NCBI GenBank assembly: GCA_030324005.1
Contig: JARDVH010000025.1
Coordinates: 53,193,410 to 53,257,196, forward strand
Length of the DNA stretch: 63,787 nucleotides
Source: Negaprion brevirostris
Taxonomy: Eukaryota
Reading direction: 5' to 3'
Under the pieces are notes generated by a model, which did not search any database, had not been told where the DNA came from, and saw only the letters and a list, made by a program, of their open reading frames with translations. Of the stretch, positions 24,271-37,029 are shown in pieces. Positions within the stretch are counted from its first letter, which is position 1. Each line of letters opens with the position of its first letter. Both the position numbers and the translations under genes were made by a program.

Positions 24271-24712
24271 GTAAGGGTAAAAATGAAAATCTCTCTTCCC
24301 TGGGTGTAAGGATTTTATTTTTGGCACCAGCCAGACTTTGATAGTTGTTAAATAGCCTGGATTAGCGGTGAAGTAGGAAGTTCTAGTCCGATGGTGCTTC
24401 AGCACTTTGACAGCAGGTACAAGATATATGTGTGTGTGTTTTTGTCGGCGGGGGGTGGGGGCATGTGGCATAGAGGTGTGGGTGCACCATGAAAAGCCTG
24501 TTTGTGCCACAATGCTAATGCATTGCAATGCCTGTACCAAAGAAAAGCTAGCATGACCTTTGCAGTGTTAGTACAAGAGAGCTTAACCCATGCTTTGCCA
24601 GCAGTAAGATAACATTTTTTTGTAGCGCTCACTAAGCTCCAACCCATGTACAACATCTTTGATAGGAAGTTGCTTTGTCAATATGTTCTTTAAAAAAAAC
24701 AGCATTGCATCT

Positions 24713-24716
<4 letters not shown>

Positions 24717-24748
<32 letters not shown>
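24717..24748 (+). repeat. (TG)n microsatellite
   Basis: Directly visible. Confidence 0.95.
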
Positions 24749-24749
<1 letters not shown>

Positions 24750-25873
24750 TGGAACTGTAAGAAAACATGAATTTGGCACCTTGCCTCCACAAAAAGGAAA
24801 TTAAATTTCTGTGGTGTGTTTTCCAGCTGCTCATTCAGTGATGGTCTAATTTACTCTGTAGGATAATAGATTCAATAATTGTAAATGGTGAAGCAGGCAT
24901 ACACATGCATTGTTCCATTTATCTTAATGACACAGTAACACAGAATGCAGCACAGCTGAAAAGCTTGTACGCTTCTAGTGAGCCAGCCTGCAGTGACCTT
25001 CAGGAAAAAGATGAAATGCTCTGTTAGCTGAGGGAACAATTGAACTGAAATCAGTGAGGCACAGTGAAATCCTAAATAGACTTCCCAAATTAAAAGATGT
25101 ACGCAACAGCTTGGAAAATGACTCTAAATATGTCAGATCACAGATTGGCTTGTAATGGGGCTGATGCAGCCAGGAAAGTAGTTTAAATGGGATGAGGTTT
25201 TGAAAAGCCACCTCAGGAGAATTCCAGCGGCAAATAGAGGGGGAGGCCCGCACCGTACTGGTGGGTTTTGAGATTTGGCAATAATTGATGCTCCTCTCTT
25301 AACCGACGTGGATATTTTTAATTTGTCAAAATAGCAAATCTTGACTGTCCCACCTTTGGTGAAAACTGACACCTCACTTGTTTAATCCAACCTCTGCTGC
25401 AAGTGCACCTCCCGCGGGCTGGACACGGAATGCCATTCCAATCAGAAACTTATTTAACCAGGTACACAGGGGAGGAGGATGGCGGTGAAGCAAAATTAAT
25501 GCGCTGATATGGTCAAAGGACAAGATTGCATTCATTTTTACTTTTATTCGGACTTCAGGTATCTCATAACAATGGGTAGAAAAAATTGAGGCAGAATGAA
25601 GGTGGAGAGGAAATGGTATTTTACAATCATTTTTGTAATGTTTTTGCCAGTTGTTTCCACAAGTTCTTCTTTCCTGCCTGGAACGCATTGATCATTTGCC
25701 AGGAACTTTAGTACGTTGTTCATCATTCATGTGTGATGTATTTGTAGTGAGTGTTGGTATTCATCTAGAGGAGGCATCACAACTGTGCCTAGTCTTTACC
25801 TGATGCTCTTCCCAACCTAAAAATAACCCTTGCTGCCAATCTAGCTGAGATCAGCTAACATTTTACAGGCAAA

Positions 25874-26010
25874 GGTGTTAATTTTCCAGTCCTGTCCATC
25901 GCAGGAATTGTCATCGGTGGAGGGGAGAATTTGACAGGCTGCTTAAAGATTCATTGGCTTCAGGTGGAAATTCATGGTCTTGGGGTAGACATGATCAGAA
26001 AATCCCACCC
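25874..26010. mobile_element. Short MITE
   Basis: Right end gaaaatcccaccc; interior caggaattgt...agaatttg...aaagattcattg is similar to 34902-35026. Confidence 0.6.
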
Positions 26011-26399
26011 AAAGAATTAAACTTAAGATTGTTCTTCATTCAGCTTACGGAGTGATTAGGACAACTTCACTCTCTCCACACTTTTTCAGCTCATCGAAGT
26101 GAGGGATATTATTGCTGTAGCTAGCATCAGCATTAAACACACCTCAGGCCAGGTGCAACACAGGTAAATGCTGAGAGTTTCTTTTACTCCAAGATCAAGT
26201 CTTAACACAAATGCAAGACAAATACTTCGAACAGCACTAGTGGGGCAATTTTTTCCATTCTCTACCTCAGCACTACTCTGTGATCTTTCCAACTGAGATT
26301 GCCTGAATTAGAGGTAGTTTATGCTATAAGTTAATGCCCACACTGAAATGGTTTAAAATCTGCCCAAAATAGCCCATATTTGAACTTTACGGCCAAGAG

Positions 26400-26636
26400 T
26401 GGCCACATGCCTTCAGCATTTAGCATTCAGGTTCCAAGCTCTGCACTCTCCTCCCTAAACCTCTCCCCCACTCCACCTGTCTCTCATTCTTTAAGATGCT
26501 CCATAAGACCTGCCTCTTTGACCATGATTTTGGTCATTTCCTTTGTCCCTGTGTCCATTTTGGTCTGATTACACCTCTGTGAATTGCTTTATGTTTTACT
26601 ACCTTTAAAGAGTGAAACAATGTCACATTGTTGTTG
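26400..26636 (+). mobile_element. L2-clade LINE 3' end
   Basis: gcatttagc...ccaagctctg...ctccctaaacctctc...tttaagatgctcc...ctctttgaccatgattttggtca resembles AFS..P.LWNSLPKPL...FKTLLKTxLFD; tail ends tgttgttg. Confidence 0.65.
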
Positions 26637-26931
26637 CGGTTTGCAGCCAGGACGCAAAGACTTTCATAGTGTGCTGGGTTTGCATTTGGGGTCTATTGAG
26701 GATCTCAGACTATCAGATTCCTCTCTGCATTCTTTAGTCATCCTCAGATGAGTTTGACCAGAAATTACATTAATTATAGTCTGTTTTTGCTTCTTTATGG
26801 TTCATTCAAAATCCATTGTTTCCAAAAAGGTACAAAATGAAAACTCAGTGGTAATAATATATATTAGCTCCAGACATAAGTCATCTTTTCATAAAACTGC
26901 AATTAATAAGCCACCTGAGAATGACCTCTGA

Positions 26932-26950
26932 CACTGCCATCTAGTGTCAG
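26932..26950. promoter_or_regulatory. Candidate CTCF motif
   Basis: cactgccatctagtgtcag is close to the CTCF core ctgccatctagtgg. Confidence 0.35.
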
Positions 26951-27047
26951 TTTATAACATTCCCATAAAATCAAGTTCATTTTGCAATATAGGTAAATGT
27001 CACTGAAATTTTACATCAATTTCAACGATGTTGTCTCTATTTAAGGC

Positions 27048-27372
27048 AATCATAGAATCCCTAGAGTGCAGAAGGAGGCCATTTGGCCAATCGAGCCTAC
27101 ACCGACAACAATCCCTCCCAATCCCTATCCCATAATGTCAGGTGTTTGCCCTGCTAATTCCCCCTGACACTAAGGGGAAATTTAGCATGGCCAATCAACC
27201 TAATCTGCGCATCTTTAGAGTATGGGAAGAAATCGAAGCACCCAAACGAAACCCACGCAGATATGGGGAGAATGCATAAACTTCATACAGTCAGTCACCT
27301 GAGGCCAGAGTGGAACCTGGGTCCCCGACACTGTAAGGCAGCAGTGCTAACAACTGTGCCACTGTGCCACCC
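27048..27372 (-). mobile_element. HE1-like V-SINE, full length
   Basis: atcatagaatccctagagtgcagaaggaggcc tail through ggcagcagtgctaacaactgtgccactgtgccaccc head. Confidence 0.92.
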
Positions 27373-28043
27373 TTGATGAAGGACTTGTGGGCACCTACTG
27401 ACTGCCATGACAAGAAAATTACAATAAAATGTGTGTTCATGAAAAGACTGCATATAAGTGGCAATCCGTGATGAAAAATAGCACAGATCTTCAGGAGAAA
27501 AGTGGCAATTAGTGAAAAGTGATGGCACACAGGTGTTCTATTTGGACCTGAGCAAAATCAACTAATCTTTCTTTGTTGCAACTAGACACACGACAAAACC
27601 TAGCTCTGCTCAGCTAGTGACCAATGTCCATGTGCTGAAGGAGGTTTTGTACGTTGGACAGAACTGTGTAAATCCAACCGTGTAATGGTTGGTGTCAGCG
27701 ACTCCCCACACAGTGAGTTGTCAACTTTCGCAGCATGTCACTGCGAAGGCTTTCACACAAAGAGGTAAAAAAAATCAGAAACAGAGTTATTTGCTCTGGC
27801 TTTTACACACCTCCTAGTGGGCAGTTGTCAAGTGACCCGGGACTCAAATGTCAGCTCCTCCTGGGAGGGGAGCATAGTGCTATGTGGACAGGCCTTGAAG
27901 AACAGAAAGGAAAGATCAAAACTTCTTTAAAAATTAAACTCCAATCTTTCTCTACATGCAATTTGACATTACTGTTGGAATATAATAAATCCCCCAAGTT
28001 TGGTTTGCTACTTTTTAAAGGTGATTTTGTAAACCATATAAAT

Positions 28044-28161
28044 AAGAACATATGAACATAAGAAATAGGAGCAGGAGTAGGCCATCTAGCCCATCGAGCC
28101 TGCCCCGCCATTCAATAAGATCATGGTTGATCTGTCATGCCTCAGTTCCACACTCCCGCCC
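28044..28161 (-). mobile_element. CR1 3' terminus
   Basis: gaacataagaaataggagcaggagtaggccat...ccccgccattcaataagatcatgg, near-identical to 57848 and 61186. Confidence 0.85.
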
Positions 28162-29031
28162 NNNNNNNNNNNNNNNNNNNNNNNNNNNNNNNNNNNNNNN
28201 NNNNNNNNNNNNNNNNNNNNNNNNNNNNNNNNNNNNNNNNNTGTTGTTTTACAGTTCTGTGGTTGAACATTTATATTGAACAGCTGGACAGTGGAATCCA
28301 TTTTGCACACAATAGGTTGAATGAGAAAAAGTTCATGGCAAGAATTTCCTACAATCTTATGAAGCACAATTGAGGCTGCATATGCCACCATGTTACCAGG
28401 AATGTCATGTCAAAGTCTTTGCTTGAAACGTACGGTTTTGAGTGTATTTTCAAAGTTAATTCACTGATTAAAAATGGTAACTGTAAGCCTTTACAGTTAT
28501 AAACTGTGCGAGTTTCCAGCAAAGGCATTAAGATACATTGTCAGCAATTTCACCCACATTGCAGCGATTTTAACCCTATGCTAATCCCAGTGAAATCTCA
28601 TGGTTTTGCAGAGCACATTCAAAGTGGTTTAAAAAATTTGCTAATGATGTACAGTTAATTCGTATTTTTAGACTCATTTCAAATTGCTTTAAATGGCTAA
28701 ATCAATTGCAGATAATTTTGCTGGCAATAACTTTAGTCTATGGTCTCATTTAATGTGATTACTTGCAAATTCCCCAGGTCAATTTATGCCAATGCTGCAT
28801 TTGAACACTCGAAACAAGCATTACTGGAACATTGTAAAAGTGCTTTGGTTTGAATTTCGTTTTGGCTTTGTTATGATCAAATATGTTTGTTGAAGATTTA
28901 TTGATTGTTTCATTTAAACCATTCTACCAGTACAGAAGAACATTTGCATAGAACTTTGGTGTTGTGGTCATTTTGCAAGCATGAAAGATGCGTCAAACTA
29001 TTTAATCTGGTGGGAGGCATGCGTGTAAATT

Positions 29032-29440
29032 GGGCAGAATCTTCCCCATTCTGCAGACATGGCGGGGGGGGGTGATTCTCCAAACCCTTCAGACAGCCGG
29101 TGAGAATTCCAATGCCCCATGAATGGGGTGTCAGCCAAAAGTAGGGATTCCCATCGGCCGCGAGAGCTCTCGGGATTCATCCTGACCTGTTCTGCTAGCC
29201 CCGATCAGGTTCACACCCACAGCGGGCGGCAGTCTGATTGTTATGCAAACCCGCTAATATGAATGCCATTAGTGGGTTTGACAGGCCCTTCACCAGCCTC
29301 CTGCCATTCACCCAGCCTGCTAGTGGGCGAGCTTTACATGTGCTACCCACAAGTGGGCATATCGCGTACTGGACATTGAGGGTCCTGGCAAGCAGCACCA
29401 ACTCCTCAGAAAAGAGGGGCATCAATGCCCCCATCATTTA
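29032..29440. mobile_element. MITE or non-autonomous DNA transposon fragment
   Basis: Begins gggcagaatcttcc; GC- and CpG-rich interior; right end not resolved. Confidence 0.45.
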
Positions 29441-29849
29441 AATCATGGTCAACCATGTGAAAGCTTTCACTGTGATAGTTGGTCACCCCAGTCACAAAGG
29501 TTTCTCAAACTCCGAGGGGTTCCATGTTGTCCGAGCAGTCCTCCTTGGTCTCTAGCTGTATCCAGTTCTCCAGACAGTTTGGGCTGATCGCTTCATGAGT
29601 CTTCTTGCTCTCCTCCAGGTTTCTGGCCCTGTCCTGCCTTACACTCAAGGCTCCTGGCAGAGGCCCAACCAAATCAACAAAACTCGTTTACAACTACAGG
29701 GAATGAACATTCAACATTCAGCCCCTGCCAAAGTGTTGGGGGTCAGCAGTACATATTATTGTAAATTGTATGGAGACTGACCCTCATATGTTCATTGCTT
29801 TGTGTGTGCTTTGCCTGAAGGCAAGTCCTTAGCTCATTGCTGATGCTTC

Positions 29850-30033
29850 ACGTTGAGCTATCTTCTTGGCAGTCTTTAGTCAGCAGTGGTTTGCTATTGC
29901 CTACCACTCTCATTGGCAGTGTGAAGTGGCAGGTCCCAAGTCTTACCTCACCCACAATGGGAATTGAACCCACAGTGTTGGGGTTACTCTGATTCACACG
30001 CCAGCCATCTAGCCAACTGAACCAACTGGCCCC
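29850..30033 (-). mobile_element. tRNA-derived SINE, family C
   Basis: Reverse strand reads ggttcagttggctagatggctg...gtgggttcaattccc; head homologous to 37165. Confidence 0.65.
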
Positions 30034-30967
30034 TACTGTTATGTGTAACAGAATAGGAAGCATGAGCTCAAAATAATATGTCGAACACACTTCACATAAA
30101 TTTCTCAATCCACTTCTTCTCTAACATTTTCTTTAAAAAAATCCTGGGAACTATGGCTGCACGTGAGTTTCACTGCACACATTGTAGACATAGGTTCACC
30201 TCTATCTTATTGAACAATGGCCAGGGAGGCCTCTGTGACTCGCATCCTGCAACCATATATATTGAGGCTTGCCCTTCCCCTTCTCCTCACAATCTCTCTG
30301 ACAATTTAGCATCACACAAAATCCATGCTGACAATGGATGTGACTGTCTCAATTTATAATGTAGATTTAAAAAATTACGATTATGTGAACATTGGAAAAG
30401 ATGTACATGCAAATATTGTGAGGAGCAAAATATTCCATGACTTAATCAAAAGACAAACTTATAGACTTCACATTTTAATTGGAATTTGTGAGGACTTCAT
30501 TCAATATGTGACAACTGGCAGTGGGCAAAATAAAACTACTTCCAACCAGCAGTAAGAGGAATGAAATCACCAGTGCTGAATGGATGAACACAAATGCAGG
30601 TTTTGTTCAAAATTTTATTTAAAAATTGATTTTAGCTGTTTCGTATATGACATACTGGTGTGTTGATACAGAATATCAATCCAATTTACTGTAATAGACA
30701 AGATGACTACAACACATGGAGAGGTGAAGTAGAACATATTCTGTATGAAGAGTACCTTGACAAGTTTCTATAGGATGAATTTGTAATTTTTGCAATGAAA
30801 TAAGCATTTGAAAAAAATAATGAAAATGCAGAGCAAAGTTTCACTGCTGAATGATCCTTGAGGATAACAATTAGTACATGCAAATATAAAAATAGCAGCA
30901 TGGGGGATGATGTTGTAGAGATTTTTTAATGTAACTTCCTAACTGATGAAGGAGTGATAAATAATAT

Positions 30968-31799
30968 GGGGGCAATTTTACCGGCTTCCAGTCAACAGTT
31001 GAAAAGAAAAAGCCAGGTGTGATTCTCGCCAGTTGGGGGAGGGTGCAGAGTCTAATCTCACCTGGAAGCCAGCTACTGAGCTCTAGCGGCACCATTGCAC
31101 AGGCACCCCAACCTCTCAGTACCACAGTGTACATAATTTATGGGGAAATCTCCTGTCTCACACACACTACCCTAACCCAGCCATCGGAACCCGCCATCAA
31201 TTGCACTGTTTCAGGCTCCCCGATGACCCCCCCAGCTGATTCCTCCCCCTCGATGAGGAGGGTTGAGCCTGACAGCAGGGACAGAGGTGGAAAGCTTTGT
31301 AAGGGGGGAGGGGTGCAGAGAAGGGCAGAATTTTGCAATTTTGCGTTGGAGGATCCATTAGCCGGGACAGTGATCGGTGTGTGAGGGGTAATTGGCTGGG
31401 GTGACAATCAGCCACGGTAGTTATCAGGATTGGGGGAGATAAATAGGCTATGGTGGGGGGGAGAGTCGTGGGTGAATCCAGAACAGTGCAATTGATGGCA
31501 GATCCCAATGTTTGTGGGAGTGGGGTATGTGAGATAAGAGATCTCCCCGTAAACCACGTATACAGTGGTACTGGAAGATTGGGGCACCTGTGCAATGGCA
31601 CCCCTAGAGTTCAGCAGCTGTCTTCCTGGTGAGATTCGACTCTGCACCCTCCCCTAACTGGCAAGAATCACATCTGGCTTTTTCTTTTCAACTAAGTGCC
31701 ATGTGATTGAGGCTGGGAGCTTGCCCATAAAATGGGTATGATTCTCTCTCCTTTTCATGCTCGTTCAGCACTTGGAATTTTTTTGGTAAAATTGCCCCC
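30968..31799. mobile_element. Foldback-type MITE: perfect 15-bp TIRs plus long subterminal inverted arms
   Basis: gggggcaattttacc (30968-30982) and ggtaaaattgccccc (31785-31799); arms at about 30998-31232 and 31455-31693 are reverse complements with scattered mismatches. Confidence 0.9.
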
Positions 31800-32426
31800 T
31801 AAAAGAGTTGATAATATTCTGTAGGTGAAATAATATAGTCATAGCAATAAATGTGGTTGAAAACTCAGTTGAGGGTCAATTTGGGATCCTTTGTATGATT
31901 TGCTTCAGTTAAAATAATTAATTTTAAGGTATTTCTGCCTAGGTAACTAACTATGTTAAGCTTTAAAGCTAACTTGGCCACATTTTGAAACTCAACTGGG
32001 AATTCTGCGATGAATTTGGAAATTGATTCCATTTGAAAATGCGATGTTAGCATAAATGGTTTCTTGTCATAAACAAGCTTTTCACAGTCACATGGCTGAC
32101 AATTGTTTATGAGAGTTGAAGACTATGTGTTCCCAGCTCTTTCAATAATACAGCTAAGAAGTCATATATTGTAAGTAACAGCTATCTATTTAATACAATT
32201 GAATCCTGTACAAGTTCAAGGTCAAGTCTGTACCGGGACCAACTTTTGATCCACACCTCCCCCCACCATCCCCACTCTTTCTCTCTCTCACTCTTTCTCT
32301 CTCTGCCTGTCCAGTAAATCAGTCTCTTTCATTTCCGTAGGTTTCAATTTTAAATGGTGCTCAATAAAAGAGTTTCATTTCAGACCAGTTTTGCCTACGT
32401 CTATTCTAAGAAGAGAACAGAGCCCC

Positions 32427-32694
32427 GGGTGGCACAGTGGTTAGCACTGCTGCCTCACAGTGCCAAGGACCCGAGTTCAATTCCCAGCTTGGGTCACCGT
32501 CTATGTCAAGTTGTGTGGGTTTCCTCTGTGTTTCCTCCCACAGTCTGAAAGACGTGTAGGTTAGGTGCAATGGCTGTGCTAAATTCTTCCTCAGTGTACC
32601 TGAACAAGCGCCGGAGTGTGGCGACTAGGGAATTTTCACAGTAACTGCATTGCTGTGTTAATATAAGCTTACTTGTGACTAATAAATAAGCTTT
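32427..32694 (+). mobile_element. V-domain SINE, tail type 2, full length
   Basis: gggtggcacagtggttagcactgctgcctcacag, B-box gagttcaattccc, tail cttgtgactaataaataagc. Confidence 0.92.
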
Positions 32695-33509
32695 ACAGTC
32701 AGACAGGATAAGAGTGAGTTGGCAGAGGCTTGGAGCTGTTTGTTAACACTTTTCAGCATTGCTGCATTGGAGAAAATTTCAGTTTGCCCTGGACTCAGTG
32801 TCATGGGTATGGCCAGTAATGGGTATTCCAACAGGGCTACTTGTTTTCCACTCTGAAGCAACAAAAGAGAAATAAAAGTTCACAATACTGAGAAATGCTC
32901 TGCGGGGCTAACATGGACCCTGTTCAGACTGTTAAATGCTGGCTAACGCAGCACTGAAGCCAGATGCAGAGGTGATGAACCTATTCATTTTAAACCAGTT
33001 GACTGCCATCTAATAATGAGTTTTTAATTTGTTGGAACATGGCTAACATTGACATTAAGAATCAGCCACACAGATTAGGTTTGGAGTGACATGAAGCTCT
33101 GGCTGTGTTTGAGAGTGAGAGCTTTCCCTTTCTGTCTGGGTTTTTATGACAATCTAGCATTGTTCATTGGCAGGTTTCTGGTTCCAATCCAGAAGCTGCC
33201 AGATTTATTGAATTCAATTCTACAGCCAAACCCGTGTTTTCAGTGTGGCTGATTGAGTAACATAACCACAAGGCAGCCATACTTCTGAAAATGCATTAAA
33301 CTGCGCAGTAAAAATAGATCACAGAAAATTGAAANNNNNNNNNNNNNNNNNNNNNNNNNNNNNNNNNNNNNNNNNNNNNNNNNNNNNNNNNNNNNNNNNN
33401 NNNNNNNNNNNNNNNNNNNNNNNNNNNNNNNNNNCACCACCCCACCCACTGAATATTCAAACCTTGCCAACGTGGTCTCACTTTGAGAAGGTTTACAATA
33501 ACCACTTGA

Positions 33510-34125
33510 ATATGTGAATCAGTCGAGGGTATCTCCCCGGAGAGGGAGGGAGGGGCACTAAGTATAGCCCCTAAGGGGAGAGGCCTGGGTACCATAGGTT
33601 GGCACTGTCAGGTTGGCACAGAGGTGGGCCCTTTCAGGGGCGGATTTCTCTTTTTGTCTGGTGAGGTAGGGTAGAATGCCAAGGTAATGGAAGGTGGAAC
33701 TTGTGGGCACGGTGGAGGACAGCGGGCATGGGGGGGAATGACAGCGATGCTTCCATTGTGGTTGTTGAGTGTCTGAGGTGCTGGGAGGAGAGGAGGGAGC
33801 CTCTGATAATTGTATTGAGGTGGGGGTTAGAGAGTCCCTGATGATTGTGCTGGGGGTGTAGGGGTGATGGTAGTAGGGGGAATCCCTCAATGATTGTGCT
33901 GGCCAGGGTGGAGAGCACTGGGGGGTGGTCAACCTCAGCACCTGGCTTGCCAGCTCTATCAGGCCCTACCCCAGCAGACTGATGGAAGAACACTGCCCAC
34001 TTATTGTTTTGTCTCTCTGAGTGTCTGAAAATTTGGACTAACAACTTGGCACTGGAGCTGGAGAGCTACGTGCCAATTTTCAGTCAAAGCCTGACATTTT
34101 GAAAGAATATGGTAAGATTCCGCCC
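33510..34125. mobile_element. Non-autonomous DNA transposon, right portion
   Basis: Ends ggtaagattccgccc; G-rich interior with three tgatgattgtgctgg-like units. Confidence 0.5.
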
Positions 34126-34901
34126 TCTGTGTTGTGTTAGCAAGCATTATGAATGAACCATTCTCTGTGCTTTAGATAGTTGGCAGTTTAATACTGTGCT
34201 GCACATGATAACATATTTCCTGCATTCTAAACACCTTAATTGCCCTTCAGGCCTATACTGATTGTGGTTTAACAATTTAAATCAACAGAGAATTAAATAA
34301 TCAATTAATTGACTTATTATTAAATCAAGCTACCATTGCCCTATGCTTTGCATGTTGGGATTGGTTATTTTGATTCTACTCTGCAGAAACAATGAGCAAA
34401 GAATGAAACACAGTCTTTTTCCCTCAGCCAGTAAATATACAGAGCAAACACAACCGAGGTTCATTCAATGTGATGTTAATTCATTCCAATGCAAGAGGTT
34501 CTTAAAACAGTAAATCAGGTCATTACTTTGATTGTGTAAGTTGTCATTTTTTTTTGGTAATAGTTTTGATAATTGGCAAAAGACTTCATTCCTAAAGTAA
34601 TCCATCAGTGTAGCCAAGTGTCTCACTCTTTGCAGCTGGTTGGTTTGCAATTAAGAATTTGCAGATCTTTGCACATCAGCATACATCAAGCTGCCTAAAT
34701 GAGAAAACTAATTTCATTATAACCATCTTTCACAGTGTAAATAAGGTTAGGGTGAGAGAAAGGAATATAAGATATCTTTTGACTATCTGCTTCATCCACC
34801 ACCACCTTAATGTATCCTTAAATCAATGTATATGAGGGTGTTTACTAAAGCTTCATCTCTCTTTAACTGACCAAGGCTAAGTGTTGAAAAAAAATTGTAG
34901 A

Positions 34902-35026
34902 GGTCAGAATGTTCCCATCCCCCCGCCACAGGAATTGTAGCAGGTAGGACAGAAAATTTGGTGGACTGTGCAAAGATCCATTGACCTCAAGCAGGAATTT
35001 CCAGCCTTGGGGTGAAAATCCCACCC
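34902..35026. mobile_element. Short MITE
   Basis: ggtcagaatgttc ... gaaaatcccaccc, flanked by tag on both sides. Confidence 0.65.
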
Positions 35027-35081
35027 ATAGTCCCTCAGCTCAAATCATCAGATAAAATTAGTAAGAAATCAGAGAGTGATT

Positions 35082-35483
35082 GTTTTAACCGTTTACAAGT
35101 TTGCTGATGACACCACCATAGTGGGTCAGATCTCAAACAATGACAAGACAGAGAGCTTAGTGGCCTGGTGCAAAGGCAACAATCTCTCCCTCAAGGTGAA
35201 AGAGCTGGCCATTGACTTCAGGAATCGGAGTAAAGGACACGCCCCCATCCGAGGTGGAGATGATCGAAATCTCCAAGTTCCTAACAGTAAAGATCGCCAA
35301 CAATTTGTCCTGGTCCACCCACTTGGATGCTAAGTTAAGAAAGCTCTTCACTTCTTTAGAAGACCATCCCCCTGCCAAGGTGTACTTGTGTATGGAATGA
35401 TTTGTTTGGATAGCACACACAGCAATACTTTTCACTCTATTTTGATATATGTGACAATAATAAATCCAATCAAAATCAAATCA
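35082..35483 (+). mobile_element. Rex1/Babar-like LINE fragment, internally deleted
   Basis: VYKFADDTTIVGQISNNDKTE..LVAWCKGNNLSL..KELAIDFR; 3' end tgtgacaataataaatccaatcaaaatcaaatc. Confidence 0.85.
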
Positions 35484-37029
35484 TTCCTTCATTATGAAAA
35501 TTGAATGCCGAGTGCTTTAAGACTTACCCTGTGCCTGCTTGAGGCTTCCAGCATATAGTATTCGCATACACTTTGACCTAATTGCCATACCCTTTTGAAC
35601 ATGAAACGCCCCATTATCTCCTAATCATTGACTTGCAATTTTCTGCACTGTTGATATACTTGTTTTCAATAATGAAAGGCAATTTATGTTAGACTTGAAA
35701 ATGTATTCCTAATTCTAAACTGATGAGAAAAAATTCTATATCAGAGTATCAAGAAAAAGTATACTTTGACTTGCATCTTAATTTTATTTTTGGAATTTTC
35801 TTCCAATAATCATTCTGCAAATTAATGGCTTACTTGATATAATCAACCATGATTGATGCAATTCATCTTTTTTTTTGTTTGCACCTCTGCGATAGTTTCT
35901 GTTACGGTGCTGTATGAATGCAGGCTCATGGTGCTTTTGTTGTTCTCGTGCTCACTAAGAATGTAAACAAACCTTATAGCCACACTGGAAAATATCCAGT
36001 TGATTTTGAAGTCAGTCGCTCTGAGAACAGTTACAGAATGGAAAAGTGAAATGCAGCTGGACTAATTGATGCATCATGTTTCAGTATTGGTGACCAGTAG
36101 CATTCAGTTGGTCTAGATATGTAGAATTTCCAACAGGGACTGAAGGCTGATGGCTTTGGGCTAACACAGTTCTGCATCAAAGTGACTCTGGAGCCATGCT
36201 TCAGTGCTACAGTAATTATAGTTGACAATAATTGAGAGCTCCTATTTCAAAATGGCTGACACCTCTCTTTACAAAAGCAGTTTAGGAGTGAAGCACTTTA
36301 AAAGCATTCTCTATACTAAATCATTTTTATAGAGTATTAACCTTTTAATTCAATTTTTAAAAAAGTTTTCATGACACTTATTTGTAGGTGTCTAAAGTCA
36401 TCACTGAAGTTTAAATCCACTTCAATAGGTCTGCCCAACTTTGTCACTGCCCATACGTAAGCCAGGCACGAGGCTGCAATATGCTATCGAATAGCTACTG
36501 TCAGTGTAATGAAATGATGGAGCACAAGGTTCAAGGTTTGTCTATCTGGTCATGCCTTGAAACCCTTTGATAGAGCATAGCAGGAACATATGTTTGCAGA
36601 AATTTGTGGGTTTTTTCAAATTGATAGTGTGCTGTCGCATGGTGTAATTTAATTTAAGGATGGTGGTTGTGTTAGGCACACTGATATCATGCAATTTTTC
36701 TCTCTCCACACACTAGCCTCCACTTATTGTGCAATATTTGGTCCATGGAATTTATCTTCTACAAGTGGTATGAAGTATCATGCTACGTGAATGACATATA
36801 ACAAGCTCCAGATGACCTCAAAAGGAAGCAACCATTTTCTGCCTTTTTTCTGACAAATGAAGGATCTTTAAAGCAGAAGCAACTTTCTGAAAAAAAGACT
36901 CTTAGTCTGCATCTATATCTGATCTATCCTCCCTGCCTACACATCAGATTTTCAGCACCAGACAAGAGCTCTAATCGTTTCTACGATTTGCAAGTGCTCT
37001 GTTCTGGACTGTTAAACTTTAAATGTTTT

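Noticed and set aside
31019-31647. Cluster of overlapping ORFs on both strands
   Set aside because: Explained by the GC-rich inverted arms of the foldback MITE.
36951-36972. REST/NRSE-like ttcagcacc
   Set aside because: Only the left half-site matches; the GGACAG half is absent.
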